From: Telmatocola sphagniphila
GTDB lineage: Bacteria > Planctomycetota > Planctomycetia > Gemmatales > Gemmataceae
Assembly: GCF_018398935.1 (NCBI RefSeq)
Contig: NZ_CP074694.1
Location: forward strand, 480,001 to 512,000
DNA length: 32,000 nt
Reading direction: 5' to 3'
Of the stretch, positions 8,418 through 17,389 are shown one piece after another; position 1 is the first letter of the stretch, and every line of letters starts with the position of its first letter. Below the pieces are notes generated by a model. The model saw nothing but the letters and a program-made list of their open reading frames with translations. It made no database searches and was not told the DNA's origin. The position numbers were made by a program, and so were the translations under genes.

Positions 8418-11400
8418 TCAGCGGGCACTGAACACAATCGCACTGTCACCCAGCAGCATTTCCATTTCTTCCAGCGGTAATTTCTGCGGATTCACCTGAA
8501 ACTCCGGGGCCAGGCGGAATTTCACTTTACGTTTATAAGCATCGGTTACGTGCAGTTCCACCCCGCAAGGACCGGGGGCTCGCTTCAAAAGGTTTGCCAA
8601 TCGTTCGACGGTATCCCCGTGGTGTTTCTCCATCGACATGCGCAGGATTACGCCTCGGGTCAACTCTTTCTTGGCGTCTTCGAGCGTCATGAGCTTGCGA
8701 AGAATAACCGTCGGTTCCTCGCGCATGCCTTTCTCTAGCTCGGCCTCGAACAGATAGATCTTGTCATCGTGGAACATCTCGTTGAAGCGGGCGAAATCGT
8801 CCGGCCACATCACGCACTCGATCTGACCGGAAAAATCCTCGATCTTACAGCGGACGTATCGTTTGCCGGTCTTGGTGGTCATCAGGCGGACGGAAGAGAG
8901 CATCCCCCCGATTCGGGCACTCTGTCCCGCATCCAACTCCCGCAACATCTCGATGGTATGGCTGGCATAACGGCGCATCTCCGTATCGAAATCGGCCAGC
9001 GGATGACTGCTGAAGTAGAAATCGAGCGATTCCTTCTCGTGCTTGAGTTGCTCCAGATTATTCCAGCGAGGAACGTCCGGTAACACCGGCGTTCCAAAAC
9101 CTTCCTCGGTAGGCGAGTCGTCCTCGATGGCATCGAAGATGTTTTTTTGACCCCGTTTGCGATCCTGCTGCAGATCGCTGGCGGCCTGTAACGCGGTTGG
9201 TAGAGCGGTCAGCAATTGAAAGCGGTGGCCAAACGGCTTGGCAAATCCGTCCATGGCCCCGGCTTTGATGATGCGCTCGATGGCCGACTTGGTAACCTTG
9301 GATGTATCCACCCGTTCGCAGAAATCGAAGAGATCCTTATAAGCTCCCGAACTCTGTCGTACTGCGGCAATCTCTTCGGCCGCTCCTCGTCCCACTCCTT
9401 TAATGGCCATCAGTCCGAAAGCGATGTTGCCGCTGGAAACCGTAAACATGGCTTCGCCGCGATTCACGTCGGGCGGAAGCACCTGCACGCCCATTTTCTT
9501 GGCATCGCCGATGTGATCGACCAGCATGTCGCGTTTATTGCCGTCGTCGATTTCCGAGGAAAGCAACGCGGCCATGAACTCTGCGGGAAAGTGATGCTTC
9601 AGATACGCGGTCTGATAGGAGAGCAGGGCGTAAGCGGCCGAGTGCGATTTGTTGAAGCCGTAGCCGCCGAACTTTACAATCAGTTCGAAGATATCGTCGG
9701 CCTTGGATTCACCGAGCCCCTTATCCATGGCTCCTTTGATGAAATCCTTTTTGCGGGCGTCGATGATCTCCTTGTTTTTCTTGCTGATGGCCTTGATGCA
9801 GGCATACGCATTGGAGAGTTCGATTCCCCCGAGCTGATTGAGAATCCGCATCACCTGTTCCTGGTAGACCATCACGCCGTAGGTCTCTTCCAGAACCGAT
9901 TTCATGATCTCGTGGGGATAGGTCGGTTGCTTGCGGCGATGTTTGCAGTCGATATATTCGTCGACCATTCCCCCTTCGAGCGGACCGGGTCGATAGAGGG
10001 CGGTGCAGGCAATGATATCCCGGATATTATCCGGCTTCATGCGCTTGAGCAGTTCGCGAATCCCTTCAGATTCGAACTGGAAAACGCCCTTGGTTTCGCC
10101 GCGTTGAAGCAGTTGATAAGTCGGTTTATCATCGAGCTTGATCTTCTGAAGATCGAGAGTGATGCCGCGCGTTTTCTTGATATTAATCAGCGTATTGTCG
10201 ACGAGCGAGAGTGTGCGAAGACCGAGAAAGTCCATCTTCAGCATGCCGACCTTTTCGAGGTCGCCCATCTGCCACTGCGTGGTCAGGGACTCCGTTCTCT
10301 CGTCGCCGTCCTTGCGCTTGACGACTTGCACCGGGCAATAGTCGGTGAGCGGTCCATTGGCGATCACCACCCCGGCAGCGTGCGTGCCTGCGTTGCGGTT
10401 CATGCCTTCCAGACGCAGGGCGATGTCGACCCATTCCCGCGTACGGGGGTCGGTCTCGTATTCGCGTTTGAACTCGGAAGATTCCTTGAGAGTCTGAGTC
10501 AGTGTCGTCCCGGGCTTGGAGGCGACGAATTTGGTCATCATGTTGACGCGATCGAGAGGAATGTCCAGTACGCGTCCGACGTCTTTGAGGGCCGCCTTGG
10601 CCGCCATCGTGCCAAAGGTGGCGATTTGCGCCACGCTATTTTCCCCGTACTTCCTCTTCACATACTGAATCACCATTTCCCGGCGATCCTGGCAGAAGTC
10701 GATGTCGATATCGGGCGCTTCGCTGCGGTTGGGGTCCAGGAAGCGTTCGAACAGCAAGTCGTATTCGAGCGGGCAGACGTGGCTAAGTTTCAGAACGTAA
10801 CTGACCAGTGCCCCGCAGGCGGAACCTCTGGCACTGGCCGGGATGCCCTGCTCGTGAGCGAAGCGTACGAAATCCCAAACGATGAGAAAGTAGCCTGCGA
10901 AACCCATCCGGCAGATGATCCCCAGTTCGTGTTCAAATCGGGCTAATACTTCCGGTTTGGGATTATCGCCATAGCGTTCGCGCACGCCAATTTCGCACAG
11001 ATCCCGAAGATACTGCTCCGGCGTTTTGCCCTTGGGCGGATCGAAAACCGGGAAGTGCCGTTTCTTAAAATCGATTTGAATGTCGACGCTGTTGGCGATT
11101 TCCTGTGAACGGGCCACAGCATCCGCCTGTTTGGGAAACAGGTCGTACATATCTTTCGGCGAGCGGACGTAGAAGGGATTTTTGAATCGGCTGTTATCGC
11201 CATACCGCATTCGCTTTTCGTCGGACTGCTTGGCCCCTGTGTTGATGCAGATTAGCACGTCGTGAGCCACCGCATCATCACTGCAAAGGTAGTGGGCATC
11301 GGCCGTGGCTACCAGGGGAACACCCAGTTTGTCGGCTATGCGAACCGCCTGATCGGTACACGCATCCTGAATATCCAGACCGTTGTTCTGGATCTCGATG

Positions 11401-11918
11401 AAGAAGCGGTCCCCGAAAAGCTGGGCGTACCATTCGGCCAGTTTTTTGGCTTCTTTCACATCGGTTTTCAACAGGTGTTCGTTGAATTCGCCCGAGAGAC
11501 ATCCGCTCAGACAGATCAGCCCTTCGGAGAACTGTTCGAGGAGTTCCTTGTCGATACGCGGGACGTAGGAAAAGCCTTCCAGATAGGCGATAGAGGCAAG
11601 TTTGATGAGATTTTTGAAGCCGGTCGCATTCTGGGCCAGCAGCGTGAGGTGATACGCCGCGTCCTTTCGATAGACCGCTTTTTCGGTTCTTTTCCCCGGA
11701 GCAATATAGGCTTCGTACCCAATGATGGGGTTGATGCCCTGAGCCTTGGCTTCGCGATAGAACTCGATGGCCCCATAGAGATTGCCGTGATCGGTCAGGG
11801 CAATCGAATTCATTCCCAGTTTCTTGGTCTGCTTGATGAGATCGGGAATCTGATTCGCGCCATCGAGCAGACTATAGTGGCTGTGGCAGTGGAGATGGGC
11901 GAACGACTTCTCGGCCAT
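8418..11918 (-). CDS. dnaE: DNA polymerase III subunit alpha
   Basis: The 1166-aa ORF has an N-terminal PHP domain (FAHLHCHSHYSLLDG), polymerase core blocks (PDIDIDF, GLLKMDFLGLR, KFGGYGFNKSHSAAYA), an HhH region and a C-terminal OB fold. Confidence 0.95.
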   Translation of the reverse strand: MAEKSFAHLHCHSHYSLLDGANQIPDLIKQTKKLGMNSIALTDHGNLYGAIEFYREAKAQGINPIIGYEAYIAPGKRTEKAVYRKDAAYHLTLLAQNATGFKNLIKLASIAYLEGFSYVPRIDKELLEQFSEGLICLSGCLSGEFNEHLLKTDVKEAKKLAEWYAQLFGDRFFIEIQNNGLDIQDACTDQAVRIADKLGVPLVATADAHYLCSDDAVAHDVLICINTGAKQSDEKRMRYGDNSRFKNPFYVRSPKDMYDLFPKQADAVARSQEIANSVDIQIDFKKRHFPVFDPPKGKTPEQYLRDLCEIGVRERYGDNPKPEVLARFEHELGIICRMGFAGYFLIVWDFVRFAHEQGIPASARGSACGALVSYVLKLSHVCPLEYDLLFERFLDPNRSEAPDIDIDFCQDRREMVIQYVKRKYGENSVAQIATFGTMAAKAALKDVGRVLDIPLDRVNMMTKFVASKPGTTLTQTLKESSEFKREYETDPRTREWVDIALRLEGMNRNAGTHAAGVVIANGPLTDYCPVQVVKRKDGDERTESLTTQWQMGDLEKVGMLKMDFLGLRTLSLVDNTLINIKKTRGITLDLQKIKLDDKPTYQLLQRGETKGVFQFESEGIRELLKRMKPDNIRDIIACTALYRPGPLEGGMVDEYIDCKHRRKQPTYPHEIMKSVLEETYGVMVYQEQVMRILNQLGGIELSNAYACIKAISKKNKEIIDARKKDFIKGAMDKGLGESKADDIFELIVKFGGYGFNKSHSAAYALLSYQTAYLKHHFPAEFMAALLSSEIDDGNKRDMLVDHIGDAKKMGVQVLPPDVNRGEAMFTVSSGNIAFGLMAIKGVGRGAAEEIAAVRQSSGAYKDLFDFCERVDTSKVTKSAIERIIKAGAMDGFAKPFGHRFQLLTALPTALQAASDLQQDRKRGQKNIFDAIEDDSPTEEGFGTPVLPDVPRWNNLEQLKHEKESLDFYFSSHPLADFDTEMRRYASHTIEMLRELDAGQSARIGGMLSSVRLMTTKTGKRYVRCKIEDFSGQIECVMWPDDFARFNEMFHDDKIYLFEAELEKGMREEPTVILRKLMTLEDAKKELTRGVILRMSMEKHHGDTVERLANLLKRAPGPCGVELHVTDAYKRKVKFRLAPEFQVNPQKLPLEEMEMLLGDSAIVFSAR

Positions 11919-11973
11919 GGAAATTCCTCAGAGTAGAATCGACATGGGTATTTTATGAGTCCGTAAACGAACA

Positions 11974-11994
11974 GAGAGCGGTAATACCGCTCTC
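11974..11994 (-). terminator. Candidate hairpin (weak terminator or attenuator) between the FHA gene and dnaE
   Basis: A perfect 9-bp stem, GAGAGCGGT-AAT-ACCGCTCTC, lies 31 nt downstream of the FHA gene stop on the minus strand. It is followed by only a weak U-rich stretch (TGTTCGTTTAC). Confidence 0.3.
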
Positions 11995-12024
11995 GATTAC
12001 GTTATCCGGAATTTGAATCAGGAA

Positions 12025-12810
12025 TTATTCGAACTGCTGGTTCGGATCGGCGACCGCTCGCATGTATCGAGCGAGGAACATTTGCACGGCCTGGATCATC
12101 TGCCACTCGGAGAAGCCGAGGGTCACTTCGGTGCCTTCATCATTGGCTTCGATATTATCCGCCGCCAGGGAAAGTCCTTTATGGAGGAAGTCGAAAATTT
12201 CGGCGAGACGGGCGGCTTGGGAGGCCGCCAGTTTCTGCGGCAGTGGAGGCATCTCCTCTTCCGTCGAAGCCCAGGCGAAACCTTCGATATCGCTCCCGGG
12301 TGAAGTGCCCCGAATATTGAGATCGAAATCCATATCTTCTTTGGAAACCGAACCGGATATAGTTTTTCCCTCCGGCACATCGACCGGAGAGTCTTTAGCT
12401 ACTTTGCGATTAGCGATTTCTTCCAGTGTCCCAAACAGCAGCGTCGATCGGCCGATACCCACTTGGTCGCCGGGACGGAGTCTTCGAATCTGGACCGGCA
12501 TTCCATTGACGCGAGTGCCGTTGGTGCTCTCCAGATCTGTAATGATAACATCGCCGTCTTCGTGCTGAACTTTGGCATGAAATCGGCTAACACGCTCATC
12601 GTTGAGCCGAAGTGAATTGCCTTCCTCCCGACCAATAGAAACGGGTATGTTCAAATCGCGGTATACACGCCCTTTGTCCACACCTTCGAGCACATGAAAT
12701 GTGACTCTTGTTGAGGACTTTTCCTCTTTTTCCATGCGCATACCCATAGATCTGGTTCTCTCGCACCAACCGGAATTTAACGGCGAAAGGGATTTGGTCG
12801 ATTCTACCAC
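12025..12810 (-). CDS. FHA domain-containing protein
   Basis: The N-terminal FHA domain is IGREEGNSLRLNDERVSRFHAKV....DLESTNGTRVNG. The C-terminal half has no recognisable motif. The start is uncertain: GTG at 12810, or ATGs at 12747, 12741 or 12735. Confidence 0.75.
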   Translation of the reverse strand: MVESTKSLSPLNSGWCERTRSMGMRMEKEEKSSTRVTFHVLEGVDKGRVYRDLNIPVSIGREEGNSLRLNDERVSRFHAKVQHEDGDVIITDLESTNGTRVNGMPVQIRRLRPGDQVGIGRSTLLFGTLEEIANRKVAKDSPVDVPEGKTISGSVSKEDMDFDLNIRGTSPGSDIEGFAWASTEEEMPPLPQKLAASQAARLAEIFDFLHKGLSLAADNIEANDEGTEVTLGFSEWQMIQAVQMFLARYMRAVADPNQQFE

Positions 12811-12824
12811 CCCTGCAGGAGAGT

Positions 12825-13760
12825 CTACAACATAAACTTATTCCATTTCAAGAAAACTTCCGCGATTTCAACCTCCAGACAGTAAGTCGAATTCCTGAAC
12901 CAAGTTAACTGATGCTTCGCGAACTGCCGGGTCTTGGTTTTTATCAGTTCCAACGCCGTGCCTAAGTCCACTTTGTCCTCTAAATGGCTTTTGAGTATAC
13001 CGTAACCCACGGCCTGGGAAGCTTCCCGGCTAATATTCGGATAGTGGGCAAACAGGGAGCGAACTTCCTCAAGCCAGCCCTGTTGAATCATGACATCCAC
13101 ACGGGAATTGATTCGCTCGTAAAGTTTTTCTCTGTCAAGATTTAGGACTAGTATTTGCGGCGAATCTTCGACCATCGGAAGTGGTTCGGGCTTCTTCTCG
13201 AACCAGGCTTGCGTCTGGAGTTCGCTCAGAGGTTTTCCCGTCTGGCGATAAACTTCCAGCGCCCGCACAATTCGCTGGGCATCATTGGGATGAAGACGCT
13301 CGGCCGTCTTACGGTCCACCTTAACTAATTCTTCATGAAGCGCGGGAGCGCCGAGCTCGGCCGCCTCTCGTTCCAGTTCTTTACGAATCGCCGGATCGAC
13401 CACGGGGCTGTCAAAGAGGCCGTGGACCATGGCTTTGAGATAAAACGGTGTGCCTCCGACAAATAAAGGTCGCCGGCCGCGCTGCCGGATTTCTTCGGCT
13501 TTTTGCTCGGCTTGCTTCAGCCACCAGGCCACGCTGGCAGATTCCGTAGGGTCCAGAACATCAAGGAGATGATGCGGAACCTGCTTCTGATCTTCCGGGG
13601 TCGGCTTGGCCGTGCCGATATCCATGCCGCGGTAGAGGGTCATGGAGTCCATTGCGAGGATTTCGGCGTTTGCCTTACGGGCGAATTCCATGGCCAGGGC
13701 CGATTTCCCCGAAGCGGTTGGCCCGGTCAGAATCAGACAATCGTGAAATGCGGGTAGCAT
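12825..13760 (-). CDS. miaA: tRNA dimethylallyltransferase
   Basis: The P-loop is GPTASGKSALA. Also present are DSMTLYRGMDIGTAKP, the HHLLD motif and an IPT-family collinear pattern across 311 aa. Confidence 0.92.
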   Translation of the reverse strand: MLPAFHDCLILTGPTASGKSALAMEFARKANAEILAMDSMTLYRGMDIGTAKPTPEDQKQVPHHLLDVLDPTESASVAWWLKQAEQKAEEIRQRGRRPLFVGGTPFYLKAMVHGLFDSPVVDPAIRKELEREAAELGAPALHEELVKVDRKTAERLHPNDAQRIVRALEVYRQTGKPLSELQTQAWFEKKPEPLPMVEDSPQILVLNLDREKLYERINSRVDVMIQQGWLEEVRSLFAHYPNISREASQAVGYGILKSHLEDKVDLGTALELIKTKTRQFAKHQLTWFRNSTYCLEVEIAEVFLKWNKFML

Positions 13761-13791
13761 GGAAATTCGAGTCGGACTTAGCGATTGGGAA

Positions 13792-15573
13792 CTACCGGAG
13801 ATCGTAAATGAAAAACGTCATCGTCCGGTCGATCGGCTTCTTATGTTTCAGATCTTCCAGAGCGATAGCCCCGGACGGACTGAGGTTCGGATTACTATGC
13901 AGTAGAGTAACGCCTACCGCGAGGTATCCCCCCTTTAAAAGGGCGTCGACTTCGCCCGATTCCTTCAGGTTCAGCATATGAAGTTGAACCAGGTGGTGCG
14001 GGGGATGCTTCACGGTGGGATCCATGCCAAAGTACCAGACGTGTAATGGCGCTTCAGGATGCTTTTGCTGCCAATCCGCCAGTTCCTTTAATCCCTGGCC
14101 CCAATCGAAATTGGAATCGGAAAGATATTCGTACGTTTTTTGCGAACCGCCCCAAATCTGGTTGGCATAGCAGAGCCCGTGCGGCCAGACTACCAGACTC
14201 GGAAGAGCCACCAGCAGCAGACAGGCTGCGACCAATCCCCGGCGAATCGGCTTGGGCCAGGTTCCGGGACGGGACTGGATTAGAGCAATGGAGGCGTAAA
14301 TCAACAGAAACGTGATCAAAGGCAGCATGAACCGCACCCCGATTTGCACCCGGCAGTTCAAGCTGAAAGCAAAGAAGGCCAGGGCCAGCCAGAAGATCGG
14401 ATTGCGGAGGAACAGACGCGGATTCAGGAACGAAACGATGAGTAGTACCAGAACCGGCAGACTGAGTTTAATCAGCAACGTCAATGGGAAGTAGTACCAG
14501 ACGGCTCGCTGGTACCAGTCGCCCAGCACGTAGACGCCGTGGCCGCGAAAGTTGTGTTTGATCTGATAAACCAACCCCTCGCCGGCATTGGGAAAAACCG
14601 CTAGATGGGTAGAGATCCAGTCCATGGAATTTCTGAGCGTTCCTTCCGGAAGCGTACTGGCCCATTTCACAAACGAGCTTTGTGGCTTATAGTCCGAGCC
14701 GACCCACCCGAAGACGAAGATCATTCCTATCAGACCAATTTGAACTGATTCGCGGCGGAACTGAGACGTAGTTCGCCAGATCCAACTCAGTCGAGAAGGA
14801 CCGGAAGTGCCCGCCGTCTCCTGGCGAAAGTGGGGGTAAAGACGACTCGCTTCCAGTACCAGCATGCATAGCGGTGCGAAAACTAATCCCGATGCCTTGG
14901 TAAGAATGGCGAAACCGTAAAGTGCGCCCATCAGGCCGACGCGGAGGTACCAGCGTTTTTCCCTCGTAGTGAGGTAGTAATAAACGAATACGATGACCGC
15001 CGTGGTGATTGAGATATCGGTGGTGGCGAGGCTGGCGTGCCCGAGGAGATTGGGATCGAGGGCGACGATCCCGGCAGACAATCGACCGGCCCAGGGTCCG
15101 CCGAGATAATTTCCCAATTTCAGAGAGTAAATCAGAAGCAGAAACCAGAAGATCAGATTCCCGGCTCGGGCATAGGGAAGAATTTTTGCGAAATCTTCGT
15201 CGACATCGAACTCGCTTCCTCGATAGCGTTCCCAGGCATAGACGATGCCCGTCTGCACATCCACCGGCAACGGCATGGTGCCGGCCCGCATCAATTTTTC
15301 GTTGCTGCCAGTCCGCCAGGATTCCAGGCCCGCTTTCAGATAGAAAGGTTCATCAAAGGTAGCACTCAGTTCGGCGGCCGAGCTGACGCAATAGTAGCCC
15401 GTCAAAGTGCAGAGTAAAAATAGCCAGACAGCATCGACCCATCGTGCGCCGCGCAGCCGAGATATCGTAGCTTCCATGCCTGAGTCGCTGATCATCTCTA
15501 AGAGTTCCAGAAATCTCTTTTCGCCCGCTCTCACACTTGCCGGGTACTCGAATAGACTACATTTGTAAACCAA
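13792..15573 (-). CDS. GT-C fold membrane glycosyltransferase (GT39/ArnT/PMT-like)
   Basis: There are roughly 10 or more predicted TM helices. A DE-type motif sits in the first extracytoplasmic loop (TFDEPFYLKAG), and a soluble C-terminal domain follows. The start is uncertain: ATGs at 15573, 15495 or 15477. The last two remove a non-hydrophobic leader. Confidence 0.7.
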   Translation of the reverse strand: MVYKCSLFEYPASVRAGEKRFLELLEMISDSGMEATISRLRGARWVDAVWLFLLCTLTGYYCVSSAAELSATFDEPFYLKAGLESWRTGSNEKLMRAGTMPLPVDVQTGIVYAWERYRGSEFDVDEDFAKILPYARAGNLIFWFLLLIYSLKLGNYLGGPWAGRLSAGIVALDPNLLGHASLATTDISITTAVIVFVYYYLTTREKRWYLRVGLMGALYGFAILTKASGLVFAPLCMLVLEASRLYPHFRQETAGTSGPSRLSWIWRTTSQFRRESVQIGLIGMIFVFGWVGSDYKPQSSFVKWASTLPEGTLRNSMDWISTHLAVFPNAGEGLVYQIKHNFRGHGVYVLGDWYQRAVWYYFPLTLLIKLSLPVLVLLIVSFLNPRLFLRNPIFWLALAFFAFSLNCRVQIGVRFMLPLITFLLIYASIALIQSRPGTWPKPIRRGLVAACLLLVALPSLVVWPHGLCYANQIWGGSQKTYEYLSDSNFDWGQGLKELADWQQKHPEAPLHVWYFGMDPTVKHPPHHLVQLHMLNLKESGEVDALLKGGYLAVGVTLLHSNPNLSPSGAIALEDLKHKKPIDRTMTFFIYDLR

Positions 15574-15601
15574 CTAGAGATTTCTTGCTACCCCGGCTTT
15601 T

Positions 15602-16408
15602 ATGGTAAATTCTCCTCCCAAGATCGAATGGATAAAACCGGGTTCCGGAGCTTTTCGAGCGGTGATGTTCGATTTCGACGGGACGCTCTCCCTTTTGCGG
15701 GAAGACTGGCCGGAAATCATGATTGGGATGATGGTGGAGCGGTTGCTCGAACTGCAGACCGGTGAGGATCCGACCCGGTTGCGAAACCACGTCAAAGAAT
15801 TCGTGATGAATCTGAACGGGAAACCGACGATTCATCAAATGAAACGGCTTCACGACGAGATCGAATTACGCGGCGGCCGACCGAAGTCCGCCGAGGAATA
15901 CAAGCTCGATTACTGGGATATTCTGCTCGGCCGGGTTTCCGAGCGGCGGGCACAGGGCAATGCGGAATATCAATGGGTGGTGCCCGGCGGCTACGAACTG
16001 CTGCAAGACTTCCAGAATCGTGGGATTAAACTTTATTTAGTCAGCGGCAGTGATGCGGTTCAAGTGCTCGATGAAGTGGAATTTTTAGGGCTGAAGCACT
16101 TCTTCGGCCCGCACCTCTACGCTCCCCGCGGCGATAACGACGGCTTCCTGAAGAAAAAAATCGTGGCCAAAATCCTGGAGGAGAACCACCTTGAACCCTC
16201 CCAATTACTCGGGTTCGGCGATGGGGTGATCGAAACTCAGGATATTGCCGACGCGGGCAGTTACGCCGTCGGTGTAGCTAGTCGCTGGCAGCGCGACGGC
16301 TTGATTCACGCCGAAAAACGAGATCGGTTGCATGCCGCCGGAGCTCGTTTGATTATTCCCGATTATCGACATACAGATCACTGGCTTCGTCCATTGTTCG
16401 GAGAATGA
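15602..16408 (+). CDS. HAD-superfamily hydrolase (capped, HAD-IA-like phosphatase)
   Basis: Motif I is MFDFDGTLS, motif II LYLVSGS, the motif III Lys is in LKKK, and motif IV is GFGDGVIE. The roughly 110-aa cap insertion between motifs I and II is unlike capless GmhB. Confidence 0.8.
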   Translation: MVNSPPKIEWIKPGSGAFRAVMFDFDGTLSLLREDWPEIMIGMMVERLLELQTGEDPTRLRNHVKEFVMNLNGKPTIHQMKRLHDEIELRGGRPKSAEEYKLDYWDILLGRVSERRAQGNAEYQWVVPGGYELLQDFQNRGIKLYLVSGSDAVQVLDEVEFLGLKHFFGPHLYAPRGDNDGFLKKKIVAKILEENHLEPSQLLGFGDGVIETQDIADAGSYAVGVASRWQRDGLIHAEKRDRLHAAGARLIIPDYRHTDHWLRPLFGE

Positions 16409-17388
16409 CCTCGATGCCTTACCCTCTCTTCGATCGTTCGAAACTGAAAATTCAGCCGCTTCAGCATCGACAGCACGATCTCGATCTGAAGTGCATTCAG
16501 TCGCTCGATTCTCCCTGTCCCGAATTTGAACATCACTCATTCCCCAAGCTGGCGGAGGCGATGCTCAAAGCGCGCCGGAATGGCCGGGCCCGCATGATCG
16601 TCATGGGAGCCCACGTTCTCCGGGCCGGGGTAGTGAAATATCTGATCGACTGGATGGAACGAGGTCTAATCGATTTGATCGCTTTGAACGGAGCCGGGCC
16701 GATTCACGACTGGGAGTTTGCCCGGATCGGCGCCAGTACAGAAAGTGTGGCCCGATACATCCGCTCCGGAGAATTCGGCCTCTGGCGGGAAACCGCCGAG
16801 CTGAATGACATCGTGAAGGCCGGGGTTGAAAAAGGCATGGGTTTGGGGGAATCTATCGGCAAGGAGATCGCGGAATCTTCCTTCCCCCACAAGGAGATTT
16901 CTCTCCTCGCAGCAGGCTACCGGCTCAAAGTCCCCATCACCGTTCACGTCGGCATCGGCTACGACATCTTGCACGAACATCCCAACTTTGATGGGGCGGC
17001 GTTCGGTCGGGCCAGCTATACCGATTTTCTGATTTTCGCGGAGAAAGTCCGCTCCTTGGAAGGCGGGCTGATGCTGAATTTTGGCTCGGCGGTCATGGGC
17101 CCGGAAGTTTATCTCAAAGCGCTTTCCATGGCTCGCAACGTCGCTCATCAGAATAACGAGGCCATCAAAAAATTCACGACGGCCGTTTTCGATTTGATTC
17201 CCATCGAAGGGGATTATCATCAGCAGGCTCCGAAAACGAGTCCTCAGTACTATTACCGGCCCTGGAAAACGATTCTGGTTCGTACCGTGGCGGATGGCGG
17301 TGAAAGCCACTATATCGCCGGCGATCACCGTTTGACGGTTCCCCGCCTCTGGCATGAAGTCAACCGCAGCGAAAAAGGGGGAATCTGA
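16405..17388 (+). CDS. Uncharacterised protein, tentatively of deoxyhypusine-synthase-like fold
   Basis: The 327-aa ORF has an ATGA overlap with the HAD gene. Its segment order recalls DHS-family proteins: MGAHVLRAGVVKYLIDWMERGLIDLIALNGAGPIHDWEF, then KVPITVHVGIGYDILHEHP, then GLMLNFGSAVMGPEVYLKAL. The coding call is solid. The family assignment is by eye only. Confidence 0.6.
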   Translation: MTSMPYPLFDRSKLKIQPLQHRQHDLDLKCIQSLDSPCPEFEHHSFPKLAEAMLKARRNGRARMIVMGAHVLRAGVVKYLIDWMERGLIDLIALNGAGPIHDWEFARIGASTESVARYIRSGEFGLWRETAELNDIVKAGVEKGMGLGESIGKEIAESSFPHKEISLLAAGYRLKVPITVHVGIGYDILHEHPNFDGAAFGRASYTDFLIFAEKVRSLEGGLMLNFGSAVMGPEVYLKALSMARNVAHQNNEAIKKFTTAVFDLIPIEGDYHQQAPKTSPQYYYRPWKTILVRTVADGGESHYIAGDHRLTVPRLWHEVNRSEKGGI

Positions 17389-17389
17389 A

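Noticed and set aside
9216-10946. A 576-aa ORF on the plus strand.
   Set aside because: It lies entirely antisense to dnaE, whose identity is unambiguous. Its translation is R/G/H/F/A-rich with no recognisable motif. This is the typical shadow ORF of a codon-biased GC-rich gene.
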